A stretch of DNA of 64,000 nucleotides from Haliotis rubra (Eukaryota): assembly GCF_003918875.1 (NCBI RefSeq), contig NW_025767398.1, positions 248,001 to 312,000 of the forward strand, given 5' to 3'. The translations under genes and the position numbers were made by a program. Below, piece after piece: positions 62,529-64,000 of this stretch. Positions within the stretch are counted from its first letter, which is position 1; the number at the start of each line of letters is the position of its first letter. The notes below the pieces were generated by a model. It had not been told where the DNA came from. It saw only the letters and a list, made by a program, of their open reading frames with translations, and ran no database searches.

Positions 62529-64000
62529 TCAAAATTGTGCTGTTTTGCCAAGTTCCCCTTTCCTTCCAGACACTTTGAATCTTTCATACTGTTGATGCAA
62601 CAATCTGCCGGCCTCACTCTCAGTGGCTGTCTTTAAACTAGGAGAGTCCTGGGCTTCAATCAACATGTCAAGCAAAGGCTTCACATGATCATGACTGTGA
62701 GATGTTAGGAAAGCTTGAAGAAGAAGCCTTTCCAAGCCTTCGAGTACAAGCTTGTGTACCCGCATGGCGTGGTTGTAGTGTTTTCCTGAGATAAATTTTG
62801 CAACAGAGCCGCTTGCACATATTCCAGACTCTATGAATATTTCAGAAAATCCACTCCCTTCCATTCTCTTTCCTAGAGCTCCGAAAATAGCACAAACTGT
62901 ATGAAAGACTCCAAGGCGTACTATAACATTCTCAAAACATCTAATGACAGAGCTTTCTTTGCAACTGCAATATCAAAGGTAAAAATAGTGTAGCTTTTAT
63001 TAAGTTGATCGCTTGCTTCTTGAGATATTTCCAGGAGATGTTGAACTGTTGCATTGTCAGTGACTGGAGCATTCACTGGTGTCATGTAATCCACAACTGA
63101 TTGCTTCTTGTCGACCTTCTGGCTCACACTTGACAACCATCCCGTTCACCCTGGAACTTCTCCTGACTTGTGAATTCTGCAGAGTAGCCAGAGAATATCA
63201 GATATCACTGCATCTGAATGACTAGCAGGATCATCTGTTCTTGTTCTCTGGATGTCAAAGTTTGGCCCAGGCTTTCCTTTCCAGTAACAATTCGCAAGTT
63301 CTCTTTCTATAGGGTTCACAGATCTAGATTTCTGTATGATGTTACCATGAGCGGTGTGTGTTGTCCCTCTTCCTGAAGGTGTTTCTTCATTGAGAATCAA
63401 AGTTATCCCAACAAAAGTGAATCACTTCTGTTTGTCCTGGAACAGCTGTAGCTGGGAGAATAGAGTTGCTAGATGTGATCTTGTTGCAAATGGATGTTTC
63501 CAATCCAAGATTTTGACAATAAGACTGACAATGTCCAAACCGATTAAGAAGAGTCAAAATCTCTGCACTGCCAGTCCAGTGTCTGATTGTCATTGCAAGA
63601 AGCAAATGCTGTGGTAATGTCCACTTGCCATGAGTTGAAGCAAAGCACAGATCCTGGCTCAATGAGTTAAAGAGTCGCTTTGTTTTGTTGCTGGTTGAAG
63701 AATAGGCTTTACCAGATAGTACGTGAGCCACCAAATCAAGCAGAAGAGGTGGAAGTCCTAGAGAATGATCCCTGAGATCTTTAGCTGATGGTGGCCACGG
63801 AAGAGAAGTACAACTCTTGTGAGCTTCTAAGATCAATCGTCTCAAAAAACACTTTCAGAATAGATACGATCGCTATGGTGATTAGGCTGCCAAAAGCTTA
63901 TTTTTACTTCCAAAATGTCTTTAAATTTTATCCTTGAGTTTGTATGTATTGTACTCTTCATTATGCACCTAAGAACTGTGAGTAAGAATGTGGTTCAGGT
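62529..64000 (-). pseudogene. Unclassified transposase-like ORF, second copy (partial)
   Basis: Duplicate of 8491-9961. Confidence 0.6.

Larger units (their letters stand above)
54049..64000 (+). repeat. Large near-identical duplication, copy 2
   Basis: Matches 1-9961. Confidence 0.97.

Overview
Eukaryotic, repeat-dense genomic DNA with spliceosomal introns and a 100-N scaffold gap at 27861-27960. The SINE families resemble those of gastropod molluscs such as abalone (inference). Host genes are a minus-strand, multi-exon F-type (fucose-binding) lectin gene with three tandem domains (exons 60341-60556 to 37299-37521, plus a second copy of the first exon at 6304-6519) and a frameshifted HtrL/YibB-like gene (about 28791-29660). 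Most of the rest is nested mobile DNA. There are three decayed Polinton/Maverick (adintovirus-like) endogenous virus copies, one bounded by TIRs and carrying penton, major capsid, ATPase, pPolB and integrase remnants inside a lectin intron. A DIRS tyrosine-recombinase element is split by an unclassified DNA transposon, which is itself split by a 5'-inverted Tx1/L1 LINE. Also present: an RTE-X LINE with a TSD, an I/Nimb-group LINE with a candidate HDV-like ribozyme at its 5' end, Penelope fragments (one with a degenerate hammerhead), Tc1 elements, a Gypsy remnant, SINEs and a MITE. Bases 1-9961 recur almost identically at 54049-64000 (segmental duplication or uncollapsed haplotype), and there is a 2.53 kb tandem duplication at 16913-21972. 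All family calls come from motif recognition by eye, not database searches.
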